From the NCBI GenBank assembly GCA_963695345.1, contig OY968769.1:640001-704000 (forward strand): 64,000 bases of DNA, given 5' to 3'. The notes beneath the pieces are model-generated. The model saw only the letters and a program-made list of their open reading frames with translations, was not told the origin of the DNA and searched no databases. The position numbers and the translations under genes are program-made. Positions 43,100 through 51,846 of this stretch are shown piece after piece. Source of the DNA: an uncultured Methanomassiliicoccales archaeon (lineage in GTDB: Archaea > Thermoplasmatota > Thermoplasmata > Methanomassiliicoccales > UBA472). Position 1 is the stretch's first letter. Each line of letters opens with the position of its first letter.

Positions 43100-44758
43100 T
43101 CAGTAGTTGAAGGGGAGCGAGTTCTCTCCCTTCTCGTAGTAGTCGTTCAGGAGCTTGACCACTTCTTTGTAGCCAACGATGTTCAGTTCGACCATCTTCG
43201 CGATGATCCTTTCCCTCTTCCTCAGTTCGATGTAGATGTCCTTCTTGTCTGCGTAACCATGCTCGGCGGCGATCCTGTTCTCCAGGATGAAGCTGTTATT
43301 GTTGCCCCTGAAGTACAGGTGGTCGGTGGCGGAGTCCCACTTGAAGACGGTCCGGGTGAGCATTCCGCCCGCCTCCTTGTCGAATCCCATCATCTCTTCC
43401 ACGGCGGTGACCCTCCTGAGGTACCGCTTGTTGACGTTGACCGCAGACTGGAACACCAGCACGTTGCAGTTGTCGATGAAGGACATGGGGATGTTCACTG
43501 GCTGGCCGGTCATACGCTGGATGAACTTTGTCGAGTTCGAGGCGTGGAAGGTGGCCAGCACCGGGATACCGGTCTGCATGCATTGGAAGGCGACCCTCGC
43601 CTCCTCACCTCTGATCTCACCGACGACGATGTAATCGGGCCTGGACCTCAGGGCGGCTCTGAGCAGGTCGAACATCGTGACCCTGGACTCCTCCGGACCG
43701 GCCTCTCGCGTTACGCAACGCTGCCAGGCCTTGTGCGGCGGTTTGACCTCAGGTGTGTCTTCCACGGAGTATATCTTTCCACGATGGTCGATGAACGTCA
43801 TGATGGCGTTGATCGTGGACGTCTTACCAGAGGCGGTCTCACCGCAGATGATGATGTTCATCTTGTTCTCCAGGCACAGCCAGAGATAGGCACCGAGCTC
43901 GGGGCTGAAGGATCCGAACTTGATGAGCTGTATCGGGGAGATCGGTTCCGCGGTGAACTTCCTGATGGTGCAGGAAGAGCCTTTGGCGCTTACATCGTTC
44001 GAGTAGATCATGTTGATACGGCTACCATCTGGCAGCGTACCATCGACGACCGGGTGGGAATTGCTTACCGGCTTCCCCATCCTCTCGGACATGGAGACGA
44101 AGAAGTCGTTAAGGCTCACCTCATCCTCGAATCGGACATTGGTCTCTAGGGCGAACTGGAACGCCTTGTGCGATACACGGACCCTACCGGTTCCGATCAG
44201 GTGCACATCTTCTATGTACTGGTCGAGGATAAGCGGTTCAAGAGGGCCGTACCCGATGATGTCCCGGCGGATGTAGTACTTCATCAGGTCGTGCTCCTCT
44301 TCCGTCACCGTTATCTTCTCCCCGCTACCGAACAGGCCTCCCATGCCGCCCTTGCCAGACTTGGCCTTGCCAATGACAACGGACTGCTCGAAAAGCTTGT
44401 TGAGAATTCTTTCCTGGTCTTCTACGGTCTCGGATGATTCTTCGTTCGAGGCCTTCTCCAGGATGAAATCCTTGATGGCCCGGAGACGGTCCTTCTGTTC
44501 GTCGTCCAGCTTCTGTTCGACGTTGACATAGGCGTTCTTTCTGGCGTTTATATGGACAAAACCCGTTCCAACACAGTAGATGACATTGGCTGACTCGATA
44601 TCGTTGATGGCCGCAGAGCGGATATCACCAAGTTCTTTGATGGTAAGATTCTCGTAAAAACGCGGCATCCTGGAGGTTTCTTTCTTAAGCTCCGCTATGT
44701 AACGCCGCAGGTATGGGCTCTTAGCCATTGCCTTTGTCAGGCCGTCATCTTCAACCAT
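43100..44758 (-). CDS. arlI: Archaellum motor ATPase ArlI (FlaI)
   Basis: YIRRDIIGYGPLEP, LPDGSRIN, Walker A GETASGKT, EDTPE, ALRSRPDYIVVGEIRG. Confidence 0.96.
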   Translation of the reverse strand: MVEDDGLTKAMAKSPYLRRYIAELKKETSRMPRFYENLTIKELGDIRSAAINDIESANVIYCVGTGFVHINARKNAYVNVEQKLDDEQKDRLRAIKDFILEKASNEESSETVEDQERILNKLFEQSVVIGKAKSGKGGMGGLFGSGEKITVTEEEHDLMKYYIRRDIIGYGPLEPLILDQYIEDVHLIGTGRVRVSHKAFQFALETNVRFEDEVSLNDFFVSMSERMGKPVSNSHPVVDGTLPDGSRINMIYSNDVSAKGSSCTIRKFTAEPISPIQLIKFGSFSPELGAYLWLCLENKMNIIICGETASGKTSTINAIMTFIDHRGKIYSVEDTPEVKPPHKAWQRCVTREAGPEESRVTMFDLLRAALRSRPDYIVVGEIRGEEARVAFQCMQTGIPVLATFHASNSTKFIQRMTGQPVNIPMSFIDNCNVLVFQSAVNVNKRYLRRVTAVEEMMGFDKEAGGMLTRTVFKWDSATDHLYFRGNNNSFILENRIAAEHGYADKKDIYIELRKRERIIAKMVELNIVGYKEVVKLLNDYYEKGENSLPFNY

Positions 44759-44858
44759 TATTCATCCGCCGTATAGCTCACGCACCGATCGTCACCGGCT
44801 CGCGGGCAATTAACAGGTTTATGTCCGATCCGTTAAGTTACTGGTCGTTGTGTGCCCC

Positions 44859-45589
44859 TTATCCTGAGACCTCCGTGATCTCGATGATCATTCCGATCCT
44901 TGGTTCGATCCTGAACCGGATGACCTCGGTCACTGTCTTGGTGGCCCGCATGAACCGCTTCACATTGATGATCCGGTTGATCCCCTGGCCAGTGGCCTTC
45001 ATGGTCAGGTAAATGTACATTTCCGTTGACAGCCGGAGCGTGTCCACGCCCGGAGTGTTCGGCTCGATCGTCATGATGACCATCTTCCCCAGCTTGTTCA
45101 TTTTTTTCAGGAAGGCCATCAATTTGACCGCGCTCTCCTCATCCAGATGGTTCTGGGTCAGAGTGGAGAGGGAATCGATGATGAGTACATCTTGTGCATA
45201 GAGCGCCGATGATGTGGTCAGCTTCTCGACGAAGTCGGCCCTGGCGACGGCGTTCCCGATGAGCGGATAGACCGGGAAAAAGGTCAGGGTCCGGTTCTGC
45301 AGGTACTTGCTAACCTTGAAATCGAGGGACCACATCTGTTCGATGAAGCCCTTCATGGTCTGCTCAGTGGATACATATGTCACCGAATGGCCGTTGGAAA
45401 GGAACCCATAACACATACGCTGGCACAGTACGCTCCGTCCCGAGCCTATCTCTCCTTCCAAGAGCATGCTCGTGCCGCGCGGGATATACCTTTGCCCAAC
45501 TTCTCTGCCAGCTCATCCTGTTTCAGCGCTATGCTGAACACATCCTTTACAGAGGATTCGCTAGCTGGAGCCTTTGCATCGCCGCTCAT
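44859..45589 (-). CDS. arlH: Archaellum KaiC/RecA-like protein ArlH (FlaH) (frameshift at ~45485)
   Basis: DELAEKLGKG/IPRGTSMLLEGEIGSGRSVLCQR..YGFL.NG...YVSTE, IIDSLS, FRIEP..G.IIEI. Confidence 0.92.
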
Positions 45590-45635
45590 TCAATGATCAT
45601 CCGCCTCCCCATGTTGAACCAGACCTAGTGAATCA

Positions 45636-46073
45636 CTAGATCCGGAACCCCATGGAGTCCGAAATCCCATTAGATACGACTACCTTAGCAGTATGGTCAC
45701 CGTTCGCAAGAATGATATTCAGATGGACCTCGAGGACGACACTGGGTCCCCAAATATTCGAGCCGCCGACGATGGTCCATGAACTGCTGTTTTGGTCCTT
45801 TCCGTCGATCATCACCAGTATGTCTGTGGGAAGGATCTGATTAGAGCCAGTGTTCTTGATGTAAACCGTAAGGTTCGAATCCTGATAAGGGACGACAGCC
45901 GGATCGTTGATGATCTTGATGCTGGTGTCCAATTTGTCGGAGAAGTTGTTCGCCCTCTTCTCCACCGCCTGGGCCATGTTGGACGATAGTCCGATGAAGA
46001 CCCCGGCGAGGGAGGCGGCCACCACGATGGCGGCGACGAAGAATATGACCTGCGTGGTTGATGAGTCTGACAT
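45636..46073 (-). CDS. arlG: Archaellum stator protein ArlG (FlaG)
   Basis: N-terminal TM IFFVAAIVVAASLAG, IKIINDP, YIKNTGS, IDG. Confidence 0.9.
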   Translation of the reverse strand: MSDSSTTQVIFFVAAIVVAASLAGVFIGLSSNMAQAVEKRANNFSDKLDTSIKIINDPAVVPYQDSNLTVYIKNTGSNQILPTDILVMIDGKDQNSSSWTIVGGSNIWGPSVVLEVHLNIILANGDHTAKVVVSNGISDSMGFRI

Positions 46074-46087
46074 TGGAATCCCCTAAA

Positions 46088-46504
46088 CTAACTGAAGGCC
46101 ATCGCCCCGCAGTCGGTGACCAGTTCGATATGGGCGCCGACAATGTTGACGTCGGTATGGATGTATAGCACCTCTCCGGTCAACCATAGATGGGAAGCAG
46201 GATGTCCCTCGATGGACAAACTGGATATCGAAGAGGTTTCCAGCGTACCATTGATGAGAAGGTCCAGCCCGGAAACGTCCAGGGTGGTGCTTCCGTGGTT
46301 CATGACGGATATGGTCCCGTTCCCCGCGTCCACACCGATGATAGCTATCTCGGTCGCCTGAGCCTCCAAGGCCCGGTCGTAGTTGTTCTCCTGTGCCGTT
46401 TGGATCTTGTCCTGGTACATATTGATGGCCCCGAACATGGCCCCAAACAGAATAAGAAAAGAACTGAAAAGGATGGCTGAGGCGGCCGATACGCTAAGTC
46501 CCAT
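46088..46504 (-). CDS. arlF: Archaellum stator protein ArlF (FlaF)
   Basis: MGLSVSAASAILF N-terminus, NHGSTTL...LLING...W.TGE. Confidence 0.88.
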   Translation of the reverse strand: MGLSVSAASAILFSSFLILFGAMFGAINMYQDKIQTAQENNYDRALEAQATEIAIIGVDAGNGTISVMNHGSTTLDVSGLDLLINGTLETSSISSLSIEGHPASHLWLTGEVLYIHTDVNIVGAHIELVTDCGAMAFS

Positions 46505-46505
46505 C

Positions 46506-47528
46506 CTACTTCACGCCCATCCGTTTATACTCGGCCATCCACCGCTCCAGTGCAGCATAGTCCTCCTCTGGGACCTTCTCGCCTTTCAACTTCATGGTAT
46601 ATATCTGCTCCAGCTGGTGATCCACTAGCTTGTGGATCTGGTTGATGGAGTAGAAATCCACCACGAGGTTGGAGATTGGTTCCGGAGTCGGCGCCGGTTC
46701 TGGAGTTGGCGCTGATGCCTTCTCGATCGGTACTGGCTTGTCGACGATCAGAGGTCTGGTCGGCTTCGTCACTTTGGTTATCTTCACTTTCTCGACGAGC
46801 TGCGCGACGTCATCATCATCAAGCTCAGGCTTCAGGATCTTGTCCATAGGTTCTGCCTCGATGTAGTCCGGTATTTTTAGTGGCTTGCTTTGTTCCAAGG
46901 GCTTACCTTTGCCCAGGTCCAGGTCCAGGTCTAGGTCCAAGTCCTCAAGGTCGAGCTTTGGAGCCTCTTCCTTAGGGGCCGGAGCGCAGGGCTTCTCCTT
47001 GGCAGTGGGACATTCCGCTTTCTTTGGGCTGGGCATCTCCGAGTCCACGAATGGATTGTACTCGCGACTGACCGCTTCATAGACACAGAGCAGGTTCTTG
47101 ATGGAGTCGTTGATCCCATCGATCTCGGTCCTGATCTTGTCCATGTCGTTCTTCATCGCCTTGCTGCCCATGGTGATGGTCTCGAGCTGACCCTTCAGGT
47201 CAGTGATGGTTCCGTCCATGGCCTCCATCTTCTTGTTGTCGGATTTTGGGGCCAGGCCGGCCAGGGGATTGTCGTCGAGCTTCATTCCGCCCCCGCCAAG
47301 GCTTCCCCCGATGCCGCCCATGTCGCTCTTCAGTCCGAGCTTCATTGCATCCGCATCGAGATCCAGATCGAGATCCCCGACTGCGCTGGATAGGTCCTCT
47401 CCACCTCCTTTCTTATTCTTCTTGAACGTGAATACGGCGAAGAATGGAAAAAAGAGGGGCAGAGGAACTGCTCTATTGGTGGTCGTTCTATCAGTCCTCC
47501 GTTTTTTTATTCCTATTCCATCGCTCAT
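46506..47528 (-). CDS. arlC: Archaellum accessory protein ArlC with ArlD/E-like C-terminal segment (start uncertain)
   Basis: Coiled coil followed by the ArlC motif IKNLLCVYEAVSREYNPF, a low-complexity P/K/D/L linker, and C-terminal DH...IYTMKLKGEKV resembling the ArlD/E end; lies between arlB and arlF. Confidence 0.78.
   Translation of the reverse strand: MSDGIGIKKRRTDRTTTNRAVPLPLFFPFFAVFTFKKNKKGGGEDLSSAVGDLDLDLDADAMKLGLKSDMGGIGGSLGGGGMKLDDNPLAGLAPKSDNKKMEAMDGTITDLKGQLETITMGSKAMKNDMDKIRTEIDGINDSIKNLLCVYEAVSREYNPFVDSEMPSPKKAECPTAKEKPCAPAPKEEAPKLDLEDLDLDLDLDLGKGKPLEQSKPLKIPDYIEAEPMDKILKPELDDDDVAQLVEKVKITKVTKPTRPLIVDKPVPIEKASAPTPEPAPTPEPISNLVVDFYSINQIHKLVDHQLEQIYTMKLKGEKVPEEDYAALERWMAEYKRMGVK
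46913..46944. repeat. Imperfect hexamer tandem repeat (GACCTG)n encoding DLDLDLDLDL in arlC
   Basis: Plus strand CCAGGTCCAGGTCCAGGTCTAGGTCCAAGTCC. Confidence 0.6.
47439..47501 (-). terminator. Terminator/attenuator-like hairpin plus pyrimidine tract after arlB4
   Basis: mRNA CGGAGGACUG...CAGUUCCUCUG followed by CCCCUCUUUUUUCCAUUCUUC. Confidence 0.45.
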
Positions 47529-48136
47529 TTCAGGTTGACGTAGTCCGTGCTGTAGTAGGACGGGGTCACGAAGTTGATCGTGGTCGGGGAACCGTAGGCC
47601 GGGACGATCTTGATCGTTGCGGACTGCGTGAATCCGAGAGCCAGGTTGCCGTCTGAGTCACAGATGGATATCGTGATCAGGTCACCCTGCTGGACGACGT
47701 AGTTGTTGGTGCCCCAGGTAGCTCCGCCGACGGTCTTAGCTAGGGTCTGGTTGGCGGTGTACTTGGCTGCAGTGGGGGCTCCGGTGGCCTGCATCTGCAT
47801 CATGTTGTTGGTGGTGCCGCTGATGAACTGGACGGTTACCTTGTCCATGTTAACTGCGGGGGATCCAGCCTGAAGCCTTATCTGTACGGTCAGGTTCTTG
47901 ATCGCGGATCTATCGGCGAGGACCTGTCCGGTCACGTCCTGAACGACGAATCCGGAAGCGACGTTGTTGATCGCCTGGTCACCAGTGTTCTGGGCTTGCT
48001 CACGGACTTTGTTAGCGGTACTGATCAATACGGACGCAGCAACCGCCGCGACGAGCACCATTGCGATGAATATGATCATCGTTCCGACGCCCATCTCTGC
48101 GCGCTTGTCCTTCTTCCAAGACGTTCTCATCTTCAT
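47525..48136 (-). CDS. arlB: Archaellin (copy 4, operon-proximal)
   Basis: Class III signal peptide MKMRTSWKKDKRA|EMGVGTMIIFIAMVLVAAVAASVLI; GGAGA SD upstream. Confidence 0.96.
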   Translation of the reverse strand: MKMRTSWKKDKRAEMGVGTMIIFIAMVLVAAVAASVLISTANKVREQAQNTGDQAINNVASGFVVQDVTGQVLADRSAIKNLTVQIRLQAGSPAVNMDKVTVQFISGTTNNMMQMQATGAPTAAKYTANQTLAKTVGGATWGTNNYVVQQGDLITISICDSDGNLALGFTQSATIKIVPAYGSPTTINFVTPSYYSTDYVNLK

Positions 48137-48261
48137 TTTCCTATCTCCTGTGATTACACAAGCGTCCCGGTTCCCCGGGCTGACATAGCTTGATCCTCTG
48201 GACTGTACGGTACTTTCTGTATCGTTCAATCAGTTCGGTACCATGAAAAGGCGGTTGAAGC

Positions 48262-48300
48262 TAGATAAACCCCGAAGAAATGGGAATCAAGCATGATAAC
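48262..48300 (-). promoter_or_regulatory. arlB4 promoter: palindrome plus TATA
   Basis: Minus strand GTTATC-ATGCTT-GATTC, 14 nt, then TTTATCTA. Confidence 0.65.
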
Positions 48301-48846
48301 GTGACGGAACGAGTCAGTCACGAGAGAACGGTCCCTACGATGATCGACGTGGAATCTCCTTACTCCAGGTTTCGGAATGAAATACAGGGCTCGATCATCG
48401 AAGCGTTTGTTCTGTTACAGCACTGATGATTATATTAATTCTACTTCATTAATAACTATTTCAAGACATATGGCCGGATCGATCCTATGCCCATCGAACG
48501 AGCTAACGACAACGGCTAGACAACTAACGCATTGCGAATGATGGAATGGGAAGGTGGCGATGTTCCAAGGAACCAAGGACGGGCTCGGCAAAGTCAAATC
48601 GCTCCCAACGGATGCGCCTTGAGATCGACCTTGAAAATCGATCTGATCAATCATGATCCACCTGAATGGCGGAGGAGGCAGCCAAGGGCAAGCTATGACA
48701 GGACACATTAGACCTGGTGGCCCCATTGCTTCGAACTTGAACACAAGATCGCTCCACTCGGGTCGAACTGGCGTTAATGCTGGGAAGGGGTCAGACATGA
48801 GAAAAATATGGGCGGGGAATCCTTACTCGCGAAGGAACCCTTCATT

Positions 48847-48878
48847 GAAATGAAAGTGAGGGGTTGCATTTCAACCCC
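48847..48878 (-). terminator. Terminator of arlB3
   Basis: GGGGTTG-AAATG-CAACCCC hairpin followed by TCACTTTCATTTC. Confidence 0.6.
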
Positions 48879-48900
48879 CCGTTGGGACAACAGCTCATCT

Positions 48901-49512
48901 TTACTTCAGGTTGACGTAGTCCGTGCTGTAGTAGGACGGGGTCACGAAGTTGATCGTGGTCGGGGAACCGTAGGCCGGGACGATCTTGATCGTTGCGGAC
49001 TGCGTGAATCCGAGAGCCAGGTTGCCGTCTGAGTCACAGATGGATATCGTGATCAGGTCACCCTGCTGGACGACGTAGTTGTTGGTGCCCCAGGTAGCTC
49101 CGCCGACGGTCTTAGCTAGGGTCTGGTTGGCGGTGTACTTGGCTGCAGTGGGGGCTCCGGTGGCCTGCATCTGCATCATGTTGTTGGTGGTGCCGCTGAT
49201 GAACTGGACGGTTACCTTGTCCATGTTAACTGCGGGGGATCCAGCCTGAAGCCTTATCTGTACGGTCAGGTTCTTGATCGCGGATCTATCGGCGAGGACC
49301 TGTCCGGTCACGTCCTGAACGACGAATCCGGAAGCGACATTGTTGATCGCCTGGTCACCAGTGTTCTGGGCCTGTTCTCTCACCTTGTTTGCAGTGCTGA
49401 TCAATACGGACGCAGCAACCGCGGCGACGAGCACCATTGCGATGAATATGATCATCGTTCCGACGCCCATCTCTGCGCGCTTGTCCTTCTTCCAAGACGT
49501 TCTCATTTTCAT
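48901..49512 (-). CDS. arlB: Archaellin (copy 3); protein identical to copy 4
   Basis: Same 203-aa archaellin sequence as copy 4. Confidence 0.96.
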   Translation of the reverse strand: MKMRTSWKKDKRAEMGVGTMIIFIAMVLVAAVAASVLISTANKVREQAQNTGDQAINNVASGFVVQDVTGQVLADRSAIKNLTVQIRLQAGSPAVNMDKVTVQFISGTTNNMMQMQATGAPTAAKYTANQTLAKTVGGATWGTNNYVVQQGDLITISICDSDGNLALGFTQSATIKIVPAYGSPTTINFVTPSYYSTDYVNLK

Positions 49513-49645
49513 GTTCTATCTCCTTTCTTTACACAAGCGTCCCGGAATCCGGGCTGACATTTGCTTGATCCTCAAGACCGAACAACGGGTTGCTTGTGCA
49601 GCGCGTCCTTCAATCAGGCGGTTACAATGAAAACCATTGTGAATC

Positions 49646-49683
49646 TTTATAAACCTAAAGAAACAGGTATCATGCATGATAAC
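49646..49683 (-). promoter_or_regulatory. arlB3 promoter: palindrome plus TATA
   Basis: Perfect palindrome TATCATGCATGATA (49668-49681); minus-strand TTTATAAA at 49646-49653. Confidence 0.7.
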
Positions 49684-49842
49684 GTTGGAAAATGCTAATT
49701 GGTGAGTTCTGGCTCGCGATATTTACTTTGAAAATTACGGAAGAACATATCCTTCGGAAAATATGTCGATCTTGGATCGAACGATGATACGATATCGATC
49801 GGAGTTGGAGCCCTGGTACAAGAAGTCAGAGAAATTACCTTT

Positions 49843-49881
49843 GAAAATATAGGGAAAAGGAAGGGCCGTTATTGGCCCTTC
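49843..49881 (-). terminator. Terminator of arlB2
   Basis: GAAGGGCC-AATAAC-GGCCCTTC hairpin followed by CTTTTCCCTATATTTTC. Confidence 0.65.
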
Positions 49882-49900
49882 TTGTTGTTACGCACCCACA

Positions 49901-50512
49901 TTACTTCAGGTTGACGAAGTCCGTTACGTAGAAGGACGGGGTCACGAAGTTGATGGTGGTCGGGGAACCGTAGGCCGGGACGATCTTGATCGTGGCGGCC
50001 TGCGTGAATCCGAGGGCCAGGTTATGCGCCGTGTTGCAGATCGAGATCGTGATCAGGTCTCCCTGCTGGACGACGTAGTTGTTGGTGCCCCAGGTAGCTC
50101 CGCCGACGGCCTTAGCGAGGGTCTGGTTGGCGGTGTACTTAGAGGTCGTCGGTGCTCCGGTGGCCTGCATCTGCATCATTATGCTGGTGGTGCCGCTGAT
50201 GAACTGGACGGTTACCTTGTCCATGTTAACTGCGGGGGATCCAGCCTGGAGCCTCAGTTGTACGGTGATGTTCTTGATCGCCGATCTGTCTGCGAGGACC
50301 TGTCCGGTCACGTCCTGAACGACGAATCCGGAAGCGACGTTGTTGATCGCCTGGTCGCCGGTGTTCTGGGCCTGCTCACGGACCTTGTTAGCGGTACTTA
50401 TCAATACGGACGCAGCAACCGCCGCGACGAGGATCATTGCGATGAAGATGATCATCGTGCCGACGCCCATCTCAGCGTGCTTGTCCTTCTTCCAAGACGT
50501 TCTCATTTTCAT
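49901..50512 (-). CDS. arlB: Archaellin (copy 2, divergent; about 17 aa differences)
   Basis: MKMRTSWKKDKHA|EMGVGTMIIFIAMILVAAVAASVLI. Confidence 0.96.
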   Translation of the reverse strand: MKMRTSWKKDKHAEMGVGTMIIFIAMILVAAVAASVLISTANKVREQAQNTGDQAINNVASGFVVQDVTGQVLADRSAIKNITVQLRLQAGSPAVNMDKVTVQFISGTTSIMMQMQATGAPTTSKYTANQTLAKAVGGATWGTNNYVVQQGDLITISICNTAHNLALGFTQAATIKIVPAYGSPTTINFVTPSFYVTDFVNLK

Positions 50513-50638
50513 GTTCTATCTCCTTCAATGCTGCAAGCGTATGGTCATCCGAGCTGACATGGCCTGCTCCTCTAGACCGAAGAGTGTTCGAAGAACAACT
50601 CATCCGATCAGGCGGTTATTATGAAAACGGACAATGAG

Positions 50639-50677
50639 ATATTAAACCCCAAAGAGACAGGTATCACCGATGATAAT
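50639..50677 (-). promoter_or_regulatory. arlB2 promoter: palindrome plus TATA
   Basis: Minus strand ATTATC-ATCGGT-GATAC, 14 nt, then TTTAATAT. Confidence 0.65.
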
Positions 50678-51180
50678 CAACAATATCGAGAATAACTACC
50701 ATCTGGCTTCAACATCTTAAAGTGAAAATATCGATTCCTGAGAATAATGGGATCACGATTTGTCATAGGAATCCCGCAGGTTACCATGTTGTTCCAAATC
50801 GCAGGGCGGCAGGTCAAATGGTTTCGCCGAAACAAACATGGTCTGTCGGACACCGTTTCGGCAAGATTGGATGACAGCATATCCATGCGTCCAAGGGAAG
50901 TCGCATACGTAGACGTTCGATTCGATCAGGTATCGATGGGGCGAGAAGAGCCGACTTACTTGGATACTGCTTGGGTCTTGATTGGTCTTAGATCAAATTG
51001 AGGCCCTGTCGCTCTTGGCCATCGGAAATCATGGTGACCGACCGGGTCTATTTCCGGACGACTGGAGATGTACATTGCCCTAAGCATCTACGATTTGTTG
51101 GTGAGAAACACAGAACAACCCGGTTGAAAGTCCTACCTTGGATAATTCTGCTGATAGTCAAAAACAAGGCAAACAATAAC

Positions 51181-51219
51181 AGAAAAAATGAAAATAGGAA
51201 AGGAGAGGACAGAGTCCTC
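51181..51219 (-). terminator. Terminator of arlB1
   Basis: GAGGAC-TCT-GTCCTC hairpin followed by TCCTTTCCTATTTTCATTTTTTCT. Confidence 0.65.
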
Positions 51220-51234
51220 AGTTGTTCTTTACGA

Positions 51235-51846
51235 TTACTTCAGGTTGACGAAGTCCGTGCTGTAGTAGGACGGGGTCACGAAGTTGATCGTGGTCGGGGA
51301 ACCGTAGGCCGGGACGATCTTGATCGTTGCGGACTGCGTGAATCCGAGAGCCAGGTTGCCGTCTGAGTCACAGATGGATATCGTGATCAGGTCACCCTGC
51401 TGGACGACGTAGTTGTTGGTGCCCCAGGTAGCTCCGCCGACGGTCTTAGCTAGGGTCTGGTTGGCGGTGTACTTGGCTGCAGTGGGGGCTCCGGTGGCCT
51501 GCATCTGCATCATGTTGTTGGTGGTGCCGCTGATGAACTGGACGGTTACCTTGTCCATGTTAACTGCGGGGGATCCAGCCTGAAGCCTTATCTGTACGGT
51601 CAGGTTCTTGATCGCGGATCTATCGGCGAGGACCTGTCCGGTCACGTCCTGAACGACGAATCCGGAAGCGACGTTGTTGATCGCCTGGTCACCAGTGTTC
51701 TGGGCCTGTTCTCTCACCTTGTTTGCAGTGCTAATCAATACGGACGCAGCAACCGCCGCGACGAGCACCATTGCGATGAAGATGATCATCGTGCCGACGC
51801 CCATCTCTGCGCGCTTGTCCTTCTTCCAAGACGTTCTCATTTTCAT
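51235..51846 (-). CDS. arlB: Archaellin (copy 1); one residue different from copies 3 and 4
   Basis: Same archaellin sequence, with C-terminal TDFVNLK instead of TDYVNLK. Confidence 0.96.
   Translation of the reverse strand: MKMRTSWKKDKRAEMGVGTMIIFIAMVLVAAVAASVLISTANKVREQAQNTGDQAINNVASGFVVQDVTGQVLADRSAIKNLTVQIRLQAGSPAVNMDKVTVQFISGTTNNMMQMQATGAPTAAKYTANQTLAKTVGGATWGTNNYVVQQGDLITISICDSDGNLALGFTQSATIKIVPAYGSPTTINFVTPSYYSTDFVNLK

Noticed and set aside
48137-48229. N-terminal extensions on arlB4 and arlB1 (234-aa ORF-track calls)
   Set aside because: Copies 2 and 3 start at MKMRTSW, the SD lies directly before that ATG, and class III signal peptides are short.
47525-51846. Repeats interpreted as a CRISPR array or IS copies
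   Set aside because: The repeats are 612-nt archaellin CDSs; there is no short repeat-spacer periodicity, terminal inverted repeats or transposase anywhere in the window.
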